Shown: positions 28,973 through 38,719, counted from the first letter of the stretch. The stretch is DNA of 64,000 nucleotides from Minisyncoccota bacterium (GCA_035627655.1 DASPLI010000001.1:601605-665604); one strand, 5' to 3'. Notes: generated from the sequence alone by a model not told the origin. Made by a program: numbers and translations.

Positions 28973-29914
28973 ATGCAAGATCTGGAGCGAATTGTCGAAG
29001 AGCTTGCCGCGAAGACGCACGAAGGCGTTGCGGGCGTTGTGCATCTTGATAGCGGAGTGCCAGGACCTACCGTTGGCATTACGGTAGCGACTCACGGAAA
29101 TGAGCCGGCTGGTCTTGCGGCGGCGCAGTTTCTATTAGCACCTGAAACCAAGCTCCTTAAAGGATCCGTTTATCTGGTATTGAACAACATTGAAGCGGCT
29201 CGTGCGTACCTCAAAGCGACAACGGACGAAGAAAAACGTCGCGCCCGATTTATTGACATCAACCTCAATCGTCTCCCGCAATCGCTTTTTGAGCGAGAAG
29301 GGGAGACGCGATATGAAATGTTGCGTGCACAAGAACTCCTCCTAATCTGGAGCCGGTTTGAAATTGCGCTTGATATCCATAGCACCTCGCAAGACTCGGA
29401 CCCGATGCTCATCGGTCTTGGCGAGCGTCTACCTGCCGAATTGATTGATGGTTTTCCGATACAAAAAGTCATCACCGGCATCGACACAGTCATGCGCGAT
29501 CGTTCTGCGGCAGATTTTTACGGGACATCTGAACGCCCCTGCCGTTCCTTCGGGATTGAATGTGGCGGCCATGAGCACAGTGAGTCCTATGACCGAGCTG
29601 TCGTGTGCGTTCGCTCGTTACTCCAAAACCTCCAGATGCTGGCGGGAACTCCAGAAAGCACGACTATTTCGCATGATGAATACGCGGTGTTCACTTCCAT
29701 TTATTTCCCGAACGAGTCATACGAGCTAACGAAAGTCTTTGAGAACTTTGAACCAATAAAAGCCGGCACTATTCTCGCGCGCGGCAATGGAGCAGATATT
29801 CTCGCACCGGAAGACGGGCACGTACTCTTTGCTCCAAAGACCACAAAGCCAACACACCTAACAGAAGAAGTGCTTTTCCTCACGAAACCGGTTCGACCCT
29901 ACAAAAGCGTCTGA
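28973..29914 (+). CDS. Succinylglutamate desuccinylase/aspartoacylase family (M14-like) hydrolase
   Basis: HGNE, NLNR, DIHS, IECG. Confidence 0.85.
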   Translation: MQDLERIVEELAAKTHEGVAGVVHLDSGVPGPTVGITVATHGNEPAGLAAAQFLLAPETKLLKGSVYLVLNNIEAARAYLKATTDEEKRRARFIDINLNRLPQSLFEREGETRYEMLRAQELLLIWSRFEIALDIHSTSQDSDPMLIGLGERLPAELIDGFPIQKVITGIDTVMRDRSAADFYGTSERPCRSFGIECGGHEHSESYDRAVVCVRSLLQNLQMLAGTPESTTISHDEYAVFTSIYFPNESYELTKVFENFEPIKAGTILARGNGADILAPEDGHVLFAPKTTKPTHLTEEVLFLTKPVRPYKSV

Positions 29915-29980
29915 CCTTGCCATACATACTGAGACGTCCTATAGTCCAACCGGGTGTTCCAAAAGGAAAGGAGGTGCACC

Positions 29981-30934
29981 ATGCTAGCCGCTGTACCGAA
30001 TTGGCTTGCTCCTGCGCTCACGCGCGAGGGACAACGACTGTTCTGGGACCATCAAGCAGAGGATTACGACGAAGCATCGCTCACTAGCAATGCGTCCGAG
30101 CTGGCGCTTGTTCGCGTTCTCTGCGACTTATTCTGCGAAGCAGAGTGGGCGGCGCAGGACTTGATCGCGCTTGGCTGCGGTACCGGATCTCGCGATCCGG
30201 AAACGCTGCTTGCGTGTCTGCAGGTCCACGGAAACTTGCCACTCCATGTGTATCTGAACGATTTGTCAGAGCACATGGTGAAGCGGGCCGTTCGTCGAAC
30301 AACGAGCGATCCGCGATGGGGAGTGTGCAAGGCGCGCGGCTATACGGGGGCTGCAGCAGAGGCACTTCGCCGATGCGTCACCCCTCGTCCGCGGCGCGTC
30401 ATTCTCGGCGTGTATCGGATCGAATCATTTGTACGCGCGTTCCCGCACTACGGGCATCCGCGTTCGGGCTTCGATGAGTATATGGAAAACAGCGACCGTC
30501 TCGGTCCTTACTTCCAGATCAACGATATGCACCTGCAAGGAACGGAGGAGCGGTTTCTGGCCGAAATGCGTTTTGTTGCCGATGGTGACGAACGTCGTTA
30601 CGACCAGATTCGCGATTCGATCCGTAGCCTCCCGACGCTCCCAGGACTCGACGTCACGCGCGTCATGTCGTGGGCGCACCACGGAGACGAAGCGTTCTTT
30701 CTTTCGCACTGGTTTACGGAAGCCGGCATTCGCCGACTGATCGCAACCCAGATGGGGGAAGAGCAGGAAGCGAAGATGTCCTTGGTGCCCTGCGCCAAGT
30801 CATTCGTCATCTGCCTCGACCCTCCGGAAGAGCCACGCGGCATCGTGACCATGCTCAACAATTCGTTTGGCAATATGCTGCCATCGGATTGGAGCGACAC
30901 GCTTGCTCAACTCAAAGAGACCTGCTGTCTCTAA
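29981..30934 (+). CDS. Hypothetical protein, class I SAM-methyltransferase-like
   Basis: FWD..A..YD, LGCGTG, NDLSEHM; AAGGAGG SD. Confidence 0.55.
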   Translation: MLAAVPNWLAPALTREGQRLFWDHQAEDYDEASLTSNASELALVRVLCDLFCEAEWAAQDLIALGCGTGSRDPETLLACLQVHGNLPLHVYLNDLSEHMVKRAVRRTTSDPRWGVCKARGYTGAAAEALRRCVTPRPRRVILGVYRIESFVRAFPHYGHPRSGFDEYMENSDRLGPYFQINDMHLQGTEERFLAEMRFVADGDERRYDQIRDSIRSLPTLPGLDVTRVMSWAHHGDEAFFLSHWFTEAGIRRLIATQMGEEQEAKMSLVPCAKSFVICLDPPEEPRGIVTMLNNSFGNMLPSDWSDTLAQLKETCCL

Positions 30935-30940
30935 AATAAC

Positions 30941-30975
30941 GAAGGCCCGTTTGCATCACTGCAGACGGGCCTTTC
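30941..30975. repeat. Hairpin repeat family B, copy 1
   Basis: GAAGGCCCGTTTGCATCACTGCAGACGGGCCTTTC; 33/35 identical to 31666-31700. Confidence 0.85.
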
Positions 30976-31033
30976 ATATACTTGCCGAAGCGTTACGGGA
31001 GCGGTAGCCTGCCACGCAGGAAGGAGTCCTTTC

Positions 31034-31663
31034 ATGGATGTATGGGTATTTGATAACGACGGCACGCTCTATGACGACCGCGAGGCGTATGATCAATTCC
31101 TTGTTCTGGTAGGGGAATACCTGCGCAGAAAAGGCTTTGACGTTACCAATTCGCGCGAAGCTATACAGATGGCAAAAGCGCGGACTGGCATGCGCAGCAG
31201 CGCGCTCGCGCTCAGGCAGGTCTACGATCTGCCGTACGACGAACTCGTCAATGAAACGTTTATGCGGATCAAACTTGAAGAGTGCAAATATCTCCGAGCG
31301 GATCCGAAACGCGCAAGCGCGCTTTCAGCGCTCTCAGCGCCGGCAGTCGTGTTTACGAACAATCCTTCGGTGTTTGCCGAACGCGTGCTTTCGGCGGTGA
31401 AGCTGCTTGAGCATTTCTCCGACGTGTTCGGAATCGAACGGACCGATTTCTCGGCAAAGCCAAGCGATCAGGCATTCCGTTCGGTGGAAACTCGGTTTCC
31501 GCTCGGCACGCGCTTTATCCTAGTCGATGACACGCCTGCAAATCTGCATGCGGCTAAGGCTCGAGGATGGCGCACGCTACTGTTCGATCCGCAGGGCAAC
31601 CATGCGGACAACCAGGCGCACTCCGTGCTGCGTTCGTTCTCGGAGCTAGCATCCCACACATAG
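31034..31663 (+). CDS. HAD-superfamily hydrolase (pyrimidine 5'-nucleotidase-like)
   Basis: FDNDGTLY, FTN, KP, VDD...N...A...GW. Confidence 0.88.
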   Translation: MDVWVFDNDGTLYDDREAYDQFLVLVGEYLRRKGFDVTNSREAIQMAKARTGMRSSALALRQVYDLPYDELVNETFMRIKLEECKYLRADPKRASALSALSAPAVVFTNNPSVFAERVLSAVKLLEHFSDVFGIERTDFSAKPSDQAFRSVETRFPLGTRFILVDDTPANLHAAKARGWRTLLFDPQGNHADNQAHSVLRSFSELASHT

Positions 31664-31665
31664 AA

Positions 31666-31700
31666 GAAGGCCCGTTTGCATCTCTGCAAACGGGCCTTTC
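31666..31700. repeat. Hairpin repeat family B, copy 2 (bidirectional terminator)
   Basis: GAAGGCCCGTTTGCATCTCTGCAAACGGGCCTTTC between convergent genes. Confidence 0.85.
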
Positions 31701-31702
31701 GC

Positions 31703-32689
31703 TTAGTAGCGCTCGAGTCCCATCTTCACGCGGACGGTGTCAACCGTCTGCTGGAAGATTTCACGCGCCTTGCGGCCGCCTTCGGCAAGCACGTCGCGCA
31801 CGAGTTCGTCTTTGTCGGCAAACTCGCGCCGGCGTTCCTGAAATGGCTTGAGATTCTTCGAGAGATTCTCAGCCATGAGCGACTTGCAGTCGACGCAGGA
31901 AATGTCGGCCGAGCGGCACCGATTAGCGATCGTGCGGTGCGTCGTTTCGCCGGGCGTTACTAGCTCATGCATCGGATAGATGGTGAGGCAGTTTTTCGGC
32001 GTGCCAGGATCGTCTCGACGCACACGACCAGGATCGGTCGGCGCGCGGCGATACGCTTCGCGGATCTCGTCGGGCGTGGCGTTAAGGTCAAAGCCGTTGC
32101 CGTCGGACTTGCCCATCTTCTTGCCGTCAGTGCCGGGAACCCGGATCATCTGCGGCAACATTTTGGGCAGTGTGAAGGTCTCGCCGAAACGCCGATTGAA
32201 TTGGTCGGCAAGATCGCGCGCCAGCTCGACGTTCGGGACCTGGTCTTGGCCGACCGGCACCAGATCCGCTTGCGGGCCGAGAATATCGGCCGCCATAAGA
32301 ACCGGGTAGCTGATGAGACCCAGTGTCACGCGATCCGGATGTTTGCGGACCATATCCTTGAACGTTGGAACTCGCTGCAGGTGTCCAAGTGGTTGCAGCA
32401 TGGACAACAGCAGGCACAGTTCAGCGATCTGCGGCACGCTCGACTGCGTATAGAGAATCGAGCGTTCCGGATCAAGGCCGGCCGCCAGATAATCCTTCAC
32501 GATCTCCGGAATGTTCTTCCGAAGTTCTTCTGGATCATCGAGCGTCGTGAGGGTATGCCAATCGGCCACGAAGAACATGAGCCGATTTTCTGAGTTCTGG
32601 AACTCCACAAAGTGCCGCATGGCACCGAAGTAGTTTCCAGGATGGAGGCGTCCGGTCGCCCGGATGCCTGAGAGCACTGTCAGTGCCAT
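31703..32689 (-). CDS. trpS: Tryptophan--tRNA ligase, accessory copy with 4-Cys motif
   Basis: SGIRATGRLHPGNYFG, YPVLMAADIL, VPVGQDQ, KMGKS; C-x23-C-x6-C-x2-C. Confidence 0.93.
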   Translation of the reverse strand: MALTVLSGIRATGRLHPGNYFGAMRHFVEFQNSENRLMFFVADWHTLTTLDDPEELRKNIPEIVKDYLAAGLDPERSILYTQSSVPQIAELCLLLSMLQPLGHLQRVPTFKDMVRKHPDRVTLGLISYPVLMAADILGPQADLVPVGQDQVPNVELARDLADQFNRRFGETFTLPKMLPQMIRVPGTDGKKMGKSDGNGFDLNATPDEIREAYRRAPTDPGRVRRDDPGTPKNCLTIYPMHELVTPGETTHRTIANRCRSADISCVDCKSLMAENLSKNLKPFQERRREFADKDELVRDVLAEGGRKAREIFQQTVDTVRVKMGLERY

Positions 32690-32788
32690 GGGCGTACTCC
32701 TTTTCTCCTAGGTACAATTCCCGTCCGTACAGTACGTACTTTTTTAGAGGTAGTCAAACCGTTCGAATTATCGGCTATACTAGTGCGC

Positions 32789-34006
32789 ATGACTCTTGCA
32801 GATGAACTCAAAGCACGCGGATACGGCAGGGAAGCATCTGCGCCGCTCGAAACCATCCTTAGCGCCAAGCGCGGGGTATACCTTGGTATTGATCCCACGG
32901 CAGATTCCATGCATGTCGGAAACTTGGTGCCGATTATACTTATGCGCCGTCTTGCACAAGCCGGGCACCGGGCGGTCTTTCTGGTCGGCGGCGGCACCGG
33001 TATGATCGGAGACCCACGTGATTCGGGAGAACGCTCGCTTCTTGATAAGCGGACGCTCGAACATAACAAGCGCGCCCTGCGTTCCCAGTTACAGAAAATT
33101 GTCGGGCGGCGAATCGAGCTCGTTGATAACGCCACTTGGCTCTCAAAGGTTGGCCTCCTTGAATTCTTGCGCGACATCGGCAAGCACTTCACAGTCAACG
33201 AGCTCACGAAGCGCGAACTCATCAAGCGCCGGCTTGAGACGCCGAACGAGTCTATTTCCTTTACGGAGTTTTCGTACGCGCTTTTGCAGGGATACGACTT
33301 CCTCACCCTCTATCGTAAGAAGGGAATCGACGTCCAAATCGGCGCGTCTGACCAATGGACCAATATGCTCTCTGGCGTTGAGCTTATTCGCCGCAAGTTT
33401 AGCCAGGAGGCGCATTGTTTTACCTGTCCGCTCGTGACGGACGCTACAGGGAAGAAGTTTGGGAAGTCAGAAGGGAACGCAATCTGGCTTGATGCGCGCA
33501 AGACGTCACCGTATGACCTCTACCAATTCTGGATCCGACTGCCTGATGCAAAGCTCGACGAGTACCTCAAGCTCTATACCTTCCTCTCTCTTGAAGAAAT
33601 CGAGGGTCATATGCAAGAGCATGCAAAGAATCCGGGAGCCCGGCATGCGCAAAAGCTGCTTGCCGCGGAAGTCACACGTATTGTGCATGGAGAAAAGGCG
33701 CTTCGAAGCGCAATCGCGGCAAGCGAGGCTGCGCATGGCGCGACAAAAGATGTTGCCGAGCTCAAGAAGCATCTTGCAGAGGTAGTTACCGTCCGCATCG
33801 GCGATGAGATGAAAGTTGTAGACGCGCTTGTTGCCTCCGGGCTCGCTACTTCCAAGAACGAAGCACGCCGTCTAATTGAAGGGAAGGGAGTGAAGGTAAA
33901 CGATGTGGCGGTACTCGATATTCACGCGAAACTCGACACGTCCGCAGTGGGAGATATGCTTCTTGTGCGAGGAACTAAGAGCTCGGTCGTCTCGATTGTC
34001 AAATAG
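32789..34006 (+). CDS. tyrS: Tyrosine--tRNA ligase
   Basis: YLGIDPTADSMHVGN, LQGYDF, KFGKSEG, C-terminal S4-like domain. Confidence 0.97.
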   Translation: MTLADELKARGYGREASAPLETILSAKRGVYLGIDPTADSMHVGNLVPIILMRRLAQAGHRAVFLVGGGTGMIGDPRDSGERSLLDKRTLEHNKRALRSQLQKIVGRRIELVDNATWLSKVGLLEFLRDIGKHFTVNELTKRELIKRRLETPNESISFTEFSYALLQGYDFLTLYRKKGIDVQIGASDQWTNMLSGVELIRRKFSQEAHCFTCPLVTDATGKKFGKSEGNAIWLDARKTSPYDLYQFWIRLPDAKLDEYLKLYTFLSLEEIEGHMQEHAKNPGARHAQKLLAAEVTRIVHGEKALRSAIAASEAAHGATKDVAELKKHLAEVVTVRIGDEMKVVDALVASGLATSKNEARRLIEGKGVKVNDVAVLDIHAKLDTSAVGDMLLVRGTKSSVVSIVK

Positions 34007-34033
34007 GGCAAAACGGCTATACTTGGCCGTATT

Positions 34034-34116
34034 GCGTCGGTGGCAGAGTGGTCAATTGCACTTGGCTGTAAACCAAGCGGATTTATCCTACGGAGGTTCG
34101 AATCCTCCCCGGCGCA
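34034..34116 (+). tRNA. tRNA-Tyr (GTA), CCA not encoded
   Basis: Acceptor GCGTCGG/CCGGCGC, anticodon arm CTTGG-CTGTAAA-CCAAG, long variable arm, GGTTCGAATCC. Confidence 0.95.
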
Positions 34117-34122
34117 CAAAGA

Positions 34123-34159
34123 AAAATCGCCGTGGCCAAAGTGAGGCCACGGCGATTTC
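34123..34159. terminator. Bidirectional terminator hairpin
   Basis: AAATCGCCGTGGCC-AAAGTGA-GGCCACGGCGATTT. Confidence 0.75.
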
Positions 34160-34173
34160 ACAAAGCGAGTGTC

Positions 34174-34431
34174 TTAGTTGTCGCACCGGTTGGTGTAGTA
34201 GGCGCCTTCTGGCGTTTCCACGACGCGGCAGAGTGGGATGGCATTTTCCATCGCCATGCGCCGATCTTCTTCGTTCATCACGTCGACGATCGGATCAATG
34301 CCCACGGTGTTGGCCTGAACCGGAGTTGAATCCGGCTCCTGACCATCACGCGCAGACGCGCCCATCGTGGCAACCGCAAAGGCGGCGCCCGCTGCAGCAA
34401 TAACCAGCAGAGCAAATCGACTTTTCGACAT
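34174..34431 (-). CDS. Small secreted hypothetical protein
   Basis: Signal peptide; AAGGAG SD; TTGACA-17-TATGGT promoter at 34481-34509. Confidence 0.75.
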   Translation of the reverse strand: MSKSRFALLVIAAAGAAFAVATMGASARDGQEPDSTPVQANTVGIDPIVDVMNEEDRRMAMENAIPLCRVVETPEGAYYTNRCDN

Positions 34432-34539
34432 TGGGTGTCTTTCTCCTTCGTGTTAGCCCGCGTTACCGCAGTCTAAGGTGACCATACTATATATATTGAT
34501 ATATGTCAATTGCTGCCAACGGCTGGTATACTGTCGCGC

Positions 34540-35478
34540 ATGAAGAAGCAAACGCTGCTCACGGGACTCCAGTCTTCGGGCAATCTCCACATCGGGAACT
34601 ACTTCGGCGCGCTCAAGCCATTCGTCGATATTTACGAGCAGTACGACAGCTACCTGATGGTGGCGGACTATCACGCTCTGACCTCACTTCGAGACCCACA
34701 CGTGCTTCGCACCAGTATTGCAAACGCAGTGCGCGACTATCTTGCGGTTGGCGTTGACCCGACGAAGGCAGTGATCTTCAAGCAGTCTGAGGTGCCGGCA
34801 CACTCTGAGCTTGCCTGGGTATTTGATTGTTTGGTGACCGTGCCATTCCTCATGCAGGCACATGCATATAAGGACAAGGTCGCCAAAGGCCTTGAGGCGA
34901 ACGCCGGCCTCTTTACGTATCCCATGCTCATGGCTGCAGATATTCTCCTCTACAACACGGATGTCGTACCAGTTGGAGAAGACCAACGGCAGCATATTGA
35001 GTACGCCCGGGAAGCGGCAGCGAAATTCAATAATGCGTACGGCGAGCTCTTTAAGGAGCCGAAAGAAATGATTCTCTCGGGTGTCGGCGTGGTTCCAGGG
35101 ACCGACGGCAAGAAGATGTCGAAGAGCTATGGCAACACCATTCCGCTGTTTGGTACCAAGGATGAAATCGCGAAAGCGGTCATGGGTATCGTGACCGACT
35201 CCGGCACGGGACGCCCTGAAAACGTTTACGCTATCCATAAGCTGCTTCGAAGTGAGGAGGATTTGGACACGCTGTACGCGGAAAAGGCCGGGAAGTATAA
35301 GGATCTTAAGGAAGCGTTAATCGAGGATTTGGAGATAATGATCGCTCCGCTTCGGGAAAAGCGCGAGAGTATTACCGACGCTATGGTACGCGACGTACTT
35401 GACGCAGGCGGCGAAAAAGCTCGAGCGGTTTCCGAAGCGAAAATGCAAGCTGTGCGAACGGCAGTCGGAGTTGCCTAG
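34540..35478 (+). CDS. trpS: Tryptophan--tRNA ligase, probable housekeeping copy
   Basis: HIGNYFG, YPMLMAADIL, VPVGEDQ, KMSKS. Confidence 0.96.
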   Translation: MKKQTLLTGLQSSGNLHIGNYFGALKPFVDIYEQYDSYLMVADYHALTSLRDPHVLRTSIANAVRDYLAVGVDPTKAVIFKQSEVPAHSELAWVFDCLVTVPFLMQAHAYKDKVAKGLEANAGLFTYPMLMAADILLYNTDVVPVGEDQRQHIEYAREAAAKFNNAYGELFKEPKEMILSGVGVVPGTDGKKMSKSYGNTIPLFGTKDEIAKAVMGIVTDSGTGRPENVYAIHKLLRSEEDLDTLYAEKAGKYKDLKEALIEDLEIMIAPLREKRESITDAMVRDVLDAGGEKARAVSEAKMQAVRTAVGVA

Positions 35479-35521
35479 ACTCCTCTGGAGGAGTAGGGTG
35501 ACCCGTTAGAGGAGGTGCCCC

Positions 35522-35683
35522 ATGAAAATCAAAACCTTCCATGGTGAAAAGCGGTGGGAGGAATTCGAAGAGTGGGAACAGACGCATACTGCGCAATTCG
35601 AGATCTGCACCATCGGGTGCTGGCCTTCGGAGCGCGGCGAGCCCATGCTCTATATTGAATATTCTGAGCGCGCCCGGGTATAG
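35522..35683 (+). CDS. 53-aa hypothetical protein
   Basis: GAGGAGG SD; MKIKTFHGEKRWEEFEEW...ERARV*; hairpin over the stop codon. Confidence 0.55.
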   Translation: MKIKTFHGEKRWEEFEEWEQTHTAQFEICTIGCWPSERGEPMLYIEYSERARV

Positions 35684-35742
35684 ACCCGGGCGCTAGCTTT
35701 TCCTGCTTGCTCTGGCATAGTCTTCCGCAGAAGGAGAGAGAA

Positions 35743-36021
35743 ATGGATAGCGTGACTATCATTCGACTTGTTCTGTTTGGCATTGTCGGGTTGTGCATAT
35801 GGCGAGCGTTTGTCCTTGGCACACGCTTCGATCGACAAACCGATGCCCTCTGGGCACGACTCGATGACCAAACCACACCCGACTCGCTTCCGCCGGACGA
35901 ACAAATCGCCATGATCATGGAGAGCTTGAAACTTGAGAAGGAATCCGAAAGGGTCTGGTACTCTTACGCACTTGCCGCCACCTTCTTCGGCGCCCTCGGG
36001 CTTCTCACGTTTACGAACTAA
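35743..36021 (+). CDS. Hypothetical membrane protein (2 TM)
   Basis: AAGGAG SD; hairpin downstream. Confidence 0.7.
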   Translation: MDSVTIIRLVLFGIVGLCIWRAFVLGTRFDRQTDALWARLDDQTTPDSLPPDEQIAMIMESLKLEKESERVWYSYALAATFFGALGLLTFTN

Positions 36022-36070
36022 TACCAGCGCCCGCGCAAATCCTGCGCGGGCGTGCTATTTTATGGACACT

Positions 36071-37402
36071 ATGAAAGACCGGATATTGCTTGGGGAACTT
36101 GGGAGCCATGTGGGCGAGACCGTAACGATTGCGGGCATCGTTGATGTTCGTCGCGATCAGGGCAAGATGGTGTTTTTTGATTTTCGGGATCGCACCGGTA
36201 TCGTCCAGGGCGTCACACTTCCCGGAAGCGACGCGCTTGAAACAGCAAAGACCGTCACCGTTGAATCTCCAGTTAAAGTCACGGGTGTCGTCAACAAGCG
36301 TCCGGAGAAGAATGTGCAGGCAGATAAGCAAAACGGGGATATCGAGCTTGAGGTGAAGGGTATTGTAATCCTGGCTCCTGCCGAGGTCCTTCCGTTTGAA
36401 CCAGATGCGGAACTCAACCTCGATACCTATCTTGATCACTTGCCGCTCACGCTTCGCACCAAGCGTTCACGCGCGATCTTCAAGGTGCAGTCTGAGATCT
36501 TGAAAGCGTATCGTGCCTTTTTGAACAGCCAGGGCTTCACGGAGTTTCAGGCACCCAAGTTGATCGGAGATGATGCGGAAGGCAGCGGGGAAGTGTTTGA
36601 GGTGCCGTACTTCAACAACAAGACCGCACACCTTGCAACCTCACCCCAGCTCTACAAGCAGATCATGGTCGGCGTTCACGAGCGCGTCTTCTGCTCCGGA
36701 ATCGTCTTCCGCGCCGAGAAGCATTCAACCACTCGACACCTAAACGAGTACACCTCGCTTGATATGGAGATGGGCTTTATTGAAAGCCATCAGGACCTCA
36801 TGGACATGGAGACCCGTCTTATGCGCTCCATTACGGATCACCTACGCGAGACGTGTGCAGCAGAGTTTGCGCTGCTTGGCGCAGACATTCCGAACGTGCC
36901 GGAGAAGATTCCGACCATGAAGCTCCGAGAAGCACAGGCACTTATCTTGAAGGAGACTGGGAAGGATAAGACGTCCGAACCGGACCTTGAACCGGAAGAC
37001 GAGCGATGGCTGTGTGAGTGGGCCGCTAAGGAGCATGGTTCGGATTTCGTCTTCGTGACGCACTACCCGGTCTCTAAGCGCCCCATGTACACCATGGAAG
37101 ATAGCGAGGATCCGGGATTTACCAAGAGTTTCGACCTCTTGTTCCGCGGCGTGGAGATTACAACCGGCGGCCAGCGACGGCATGACTTTGAGAACTTGAT
37201 CGACGGCATCAAGATGAAAGGCCTCGACCCAGATCAGTTCTCCTATTACCTTATGGCCTTCAAGTACGGCATGCCGCCGCATGGCGGGTGGGGTATGGGT
37301 CTTGAGCGTCTTACTGCCAAGTTCCTCAATCTTGCCAACGTTAAGGAGGCAACGCTCTTCCCGCGCGACATCAACCGCATCGACACGCGACTTGCTGAAT
37401 AG
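36071..37402 (+). CDS. aspS: Aspartate--tRNA ligase, short archaeal-type (probably non-discriminating)
   Basis: OB fold FFDFRDRTG, LATSPQLYKQ, FRAEKHSTTRHLNEY, GMPPHGGWGMGLER; no GAD insert. Confidence 0.9.
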   Translation: MKDRILLGELGSHVGETVTIAGIVDVRRDQGKMVFFDFRDRTGIVQGVTLPGSDALETAKTVTVESPVKVTGVVNKRPEKNVQADKQNGDIELEVKGIVILAPAEVLPFEPDAELNLDTYLDHLPLTLRTKRSRAIFKVQSEILKAYRAFLNSQGFTEFQAPKLIGDDAEGSGEVFEVPYFNNKTAHLATSPQLYKQIMVGVHERVFCSGIVFRAEKHSTTRHLNEYTSLDMEMGFIESHQDLMDMETRLMRSITDHLRETCAAEFALLGADIPNVPEKIPTMKLREAQALILKETGKDKTSEPDLEPEDERWLCEWAAKEHGSDFVFVTHYPVSKRPMYTMEDSEDPGFTKSFDLLFRGVEITTGGQRRHDFENLIDGIKMKGLDPDQFSYYLMAFKYGMPPHGGWGMGLERLTAKFLNLANVKEATLFPRDINRIDTRLAE

Positions 37403-37404
37403 CT

Positions 37405-38142
37405 ATGGACGTCATCCCGCTTCGTTCCACCTATACGATTCGAACGAGCGCGTACGAAGGTCCGTTTGACCTTCTCTTGGAGCTTATCGAAAAACGAAAG
37501 CTCTCAGTCAACGAGCTCTCGCTCGCGCAGGTAACGGATGACTTCATTCAGCACGTTAAGAATCAGGCGGACTTTCCGATGGAAGACGCGACCGAATTCA
37601 TTTCGGTTGCCGCGACGCTTCTTTTAGTAAAGTCAAAGTCTCTTATTCCGGAACTTGAACTCTCCGGAGAAGAAGAGCAGGACGTTGACGACCTCAAGCG
37701 ACGCCTGCTTGCATACGAAAAAACTCGCGAGGTTTCGCGGACGTTGGGGCAATTGTTTGGCCGCTCCGTCATGATCTCAGCAGGGGAGCGAGCACCCGAC
37801 GTTATGTTCGCTCCGTCAAAGGACCTTTCCGTTGCCGCGCTTGAAACAGCGCTCCGAGAGGCGCTCAGAGCACTTGAGAAGGAAGAGGTTCTACCGGAGG
37901 CGCGCGTCCGTCCGATGGTCACTATCGAGGAAATGATGGATCGACTCATGGGTCGCGTGCAAAAAGCGCTCACCATGTCGTTTAAAGAGTTCTCAGGAGA
38001 CGCGAAAGAGAAGGTGGAGGTGATTGTCTCCTTCCTTGCCATGCTTGAACTCGTGAAGCAGGGCGCAATTGCCGCAGACCAGCACGGAACATTTGCAGAC
38101 ATCCATATACGAAATACCTCCACTGACGTGCCGCGCTATTAG
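37405..38142 (+). CDS. scpA: Segregation and condensation protein A
   Basis: YEGPFDLLLELI, KSKSLIP, FLAMLELVK. Confidence 0.93.
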   Translation: MDVIPLRSTYTIRTSAYEGPFDLLLELIEKRKLSVNELSLAQVTDDFIQHVKNQADFPMEDATEFISVAATLLLVKSKSLIPELELSGEEEQDVDDLKRRLLAYEKTREVSRTLGQLFGRSVMISAGERAPDVMFAPSKDLSVAALETALREALRALEKEEVLPEARVRPMVTIEEMMDRLMGRVQKALTMSFKEFSGDAKEKVEVIVSFLAMLELVKQGAIAADQHGTFADIHIRNTSTDVPRY

Positions 38143-38224
38143 TGCGAAAACGGTATTCTTGACTTAGTGGAATTTCGATGGTATTTCCGTATTCGGGAAA
38201 CCTGTACGAAAGGAGTACCCGCAT

Positions 38225-38719
38225 ATGGGACTGTTTGTGGCGTACGCGGCATACCTCTTCTATGAGGCATTCCGCACGATTCAGAGTGGCGAGAGGATAG
38301 CTGACACTATCATCGGCGCGCTCATGCTGCTTGTACTTGGCCTCGTGGTGCTCATACTGCTTGGCACCTTTATCGGAGGATTCATTCCGAAAAAGTGGAA
38401 GGTGGTTCGCAAAGTCTCGCTCGTCGCTCTGCGCGATGAGACGACGCTTGGCGGAGCCTTCTTCCTCGGCTGCGGCGGAATCACGAGCGAAACCAACTAC
38501 GTGTTCTTCGAGCGCGTTGACGATAACTGCTTCCGACAGCAGCGACTCGCCAGCAACGAGGTCTACATCTATGAAGAAGATGAAGACGACGGCGTCCTTG
38601 AAGAATACGAATATGTCTTTGCTCATCCGCTCTTCTGGTTGATCGCCATCAACCCGGGGAAGAGCCGGTACGAATTCCATATTCCGCGAGGAAGCGTGCG
38701 CCAAGAGTTTCGGCTCTAG
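38225..38719 (+). CDS. Hypothetical membrane protein inserted between scpA and scpB
   Basis: AAGGAG SD, TTGACT upstream, terminator at 38741-38768; G.FFLG.G.I motif. Confidence 0.75.
   Translation: MGLFVAYAAYLFYEAFRTIQSGERIADTIIGALMLLVLGLVVLILLGTFIGGFIPKKWKVVRKVSLVALRDETTLGGAFFLGCGGITSETNYVFFERVDDNCFRQQRLASNEVYIYEEDEDDGVLEEYEYVFAHPLFWLIAINPGKSRYEFHIPRGSVRQEFRL

Noticed and set aside
13948-31700. Integron attC sites as the explanation for the repeated hairpins
   Set aside because: They are too short (31-35 bp), lack a clear R''/L''/L'/R' layout with extrahelical bases, and no intI is in the window.
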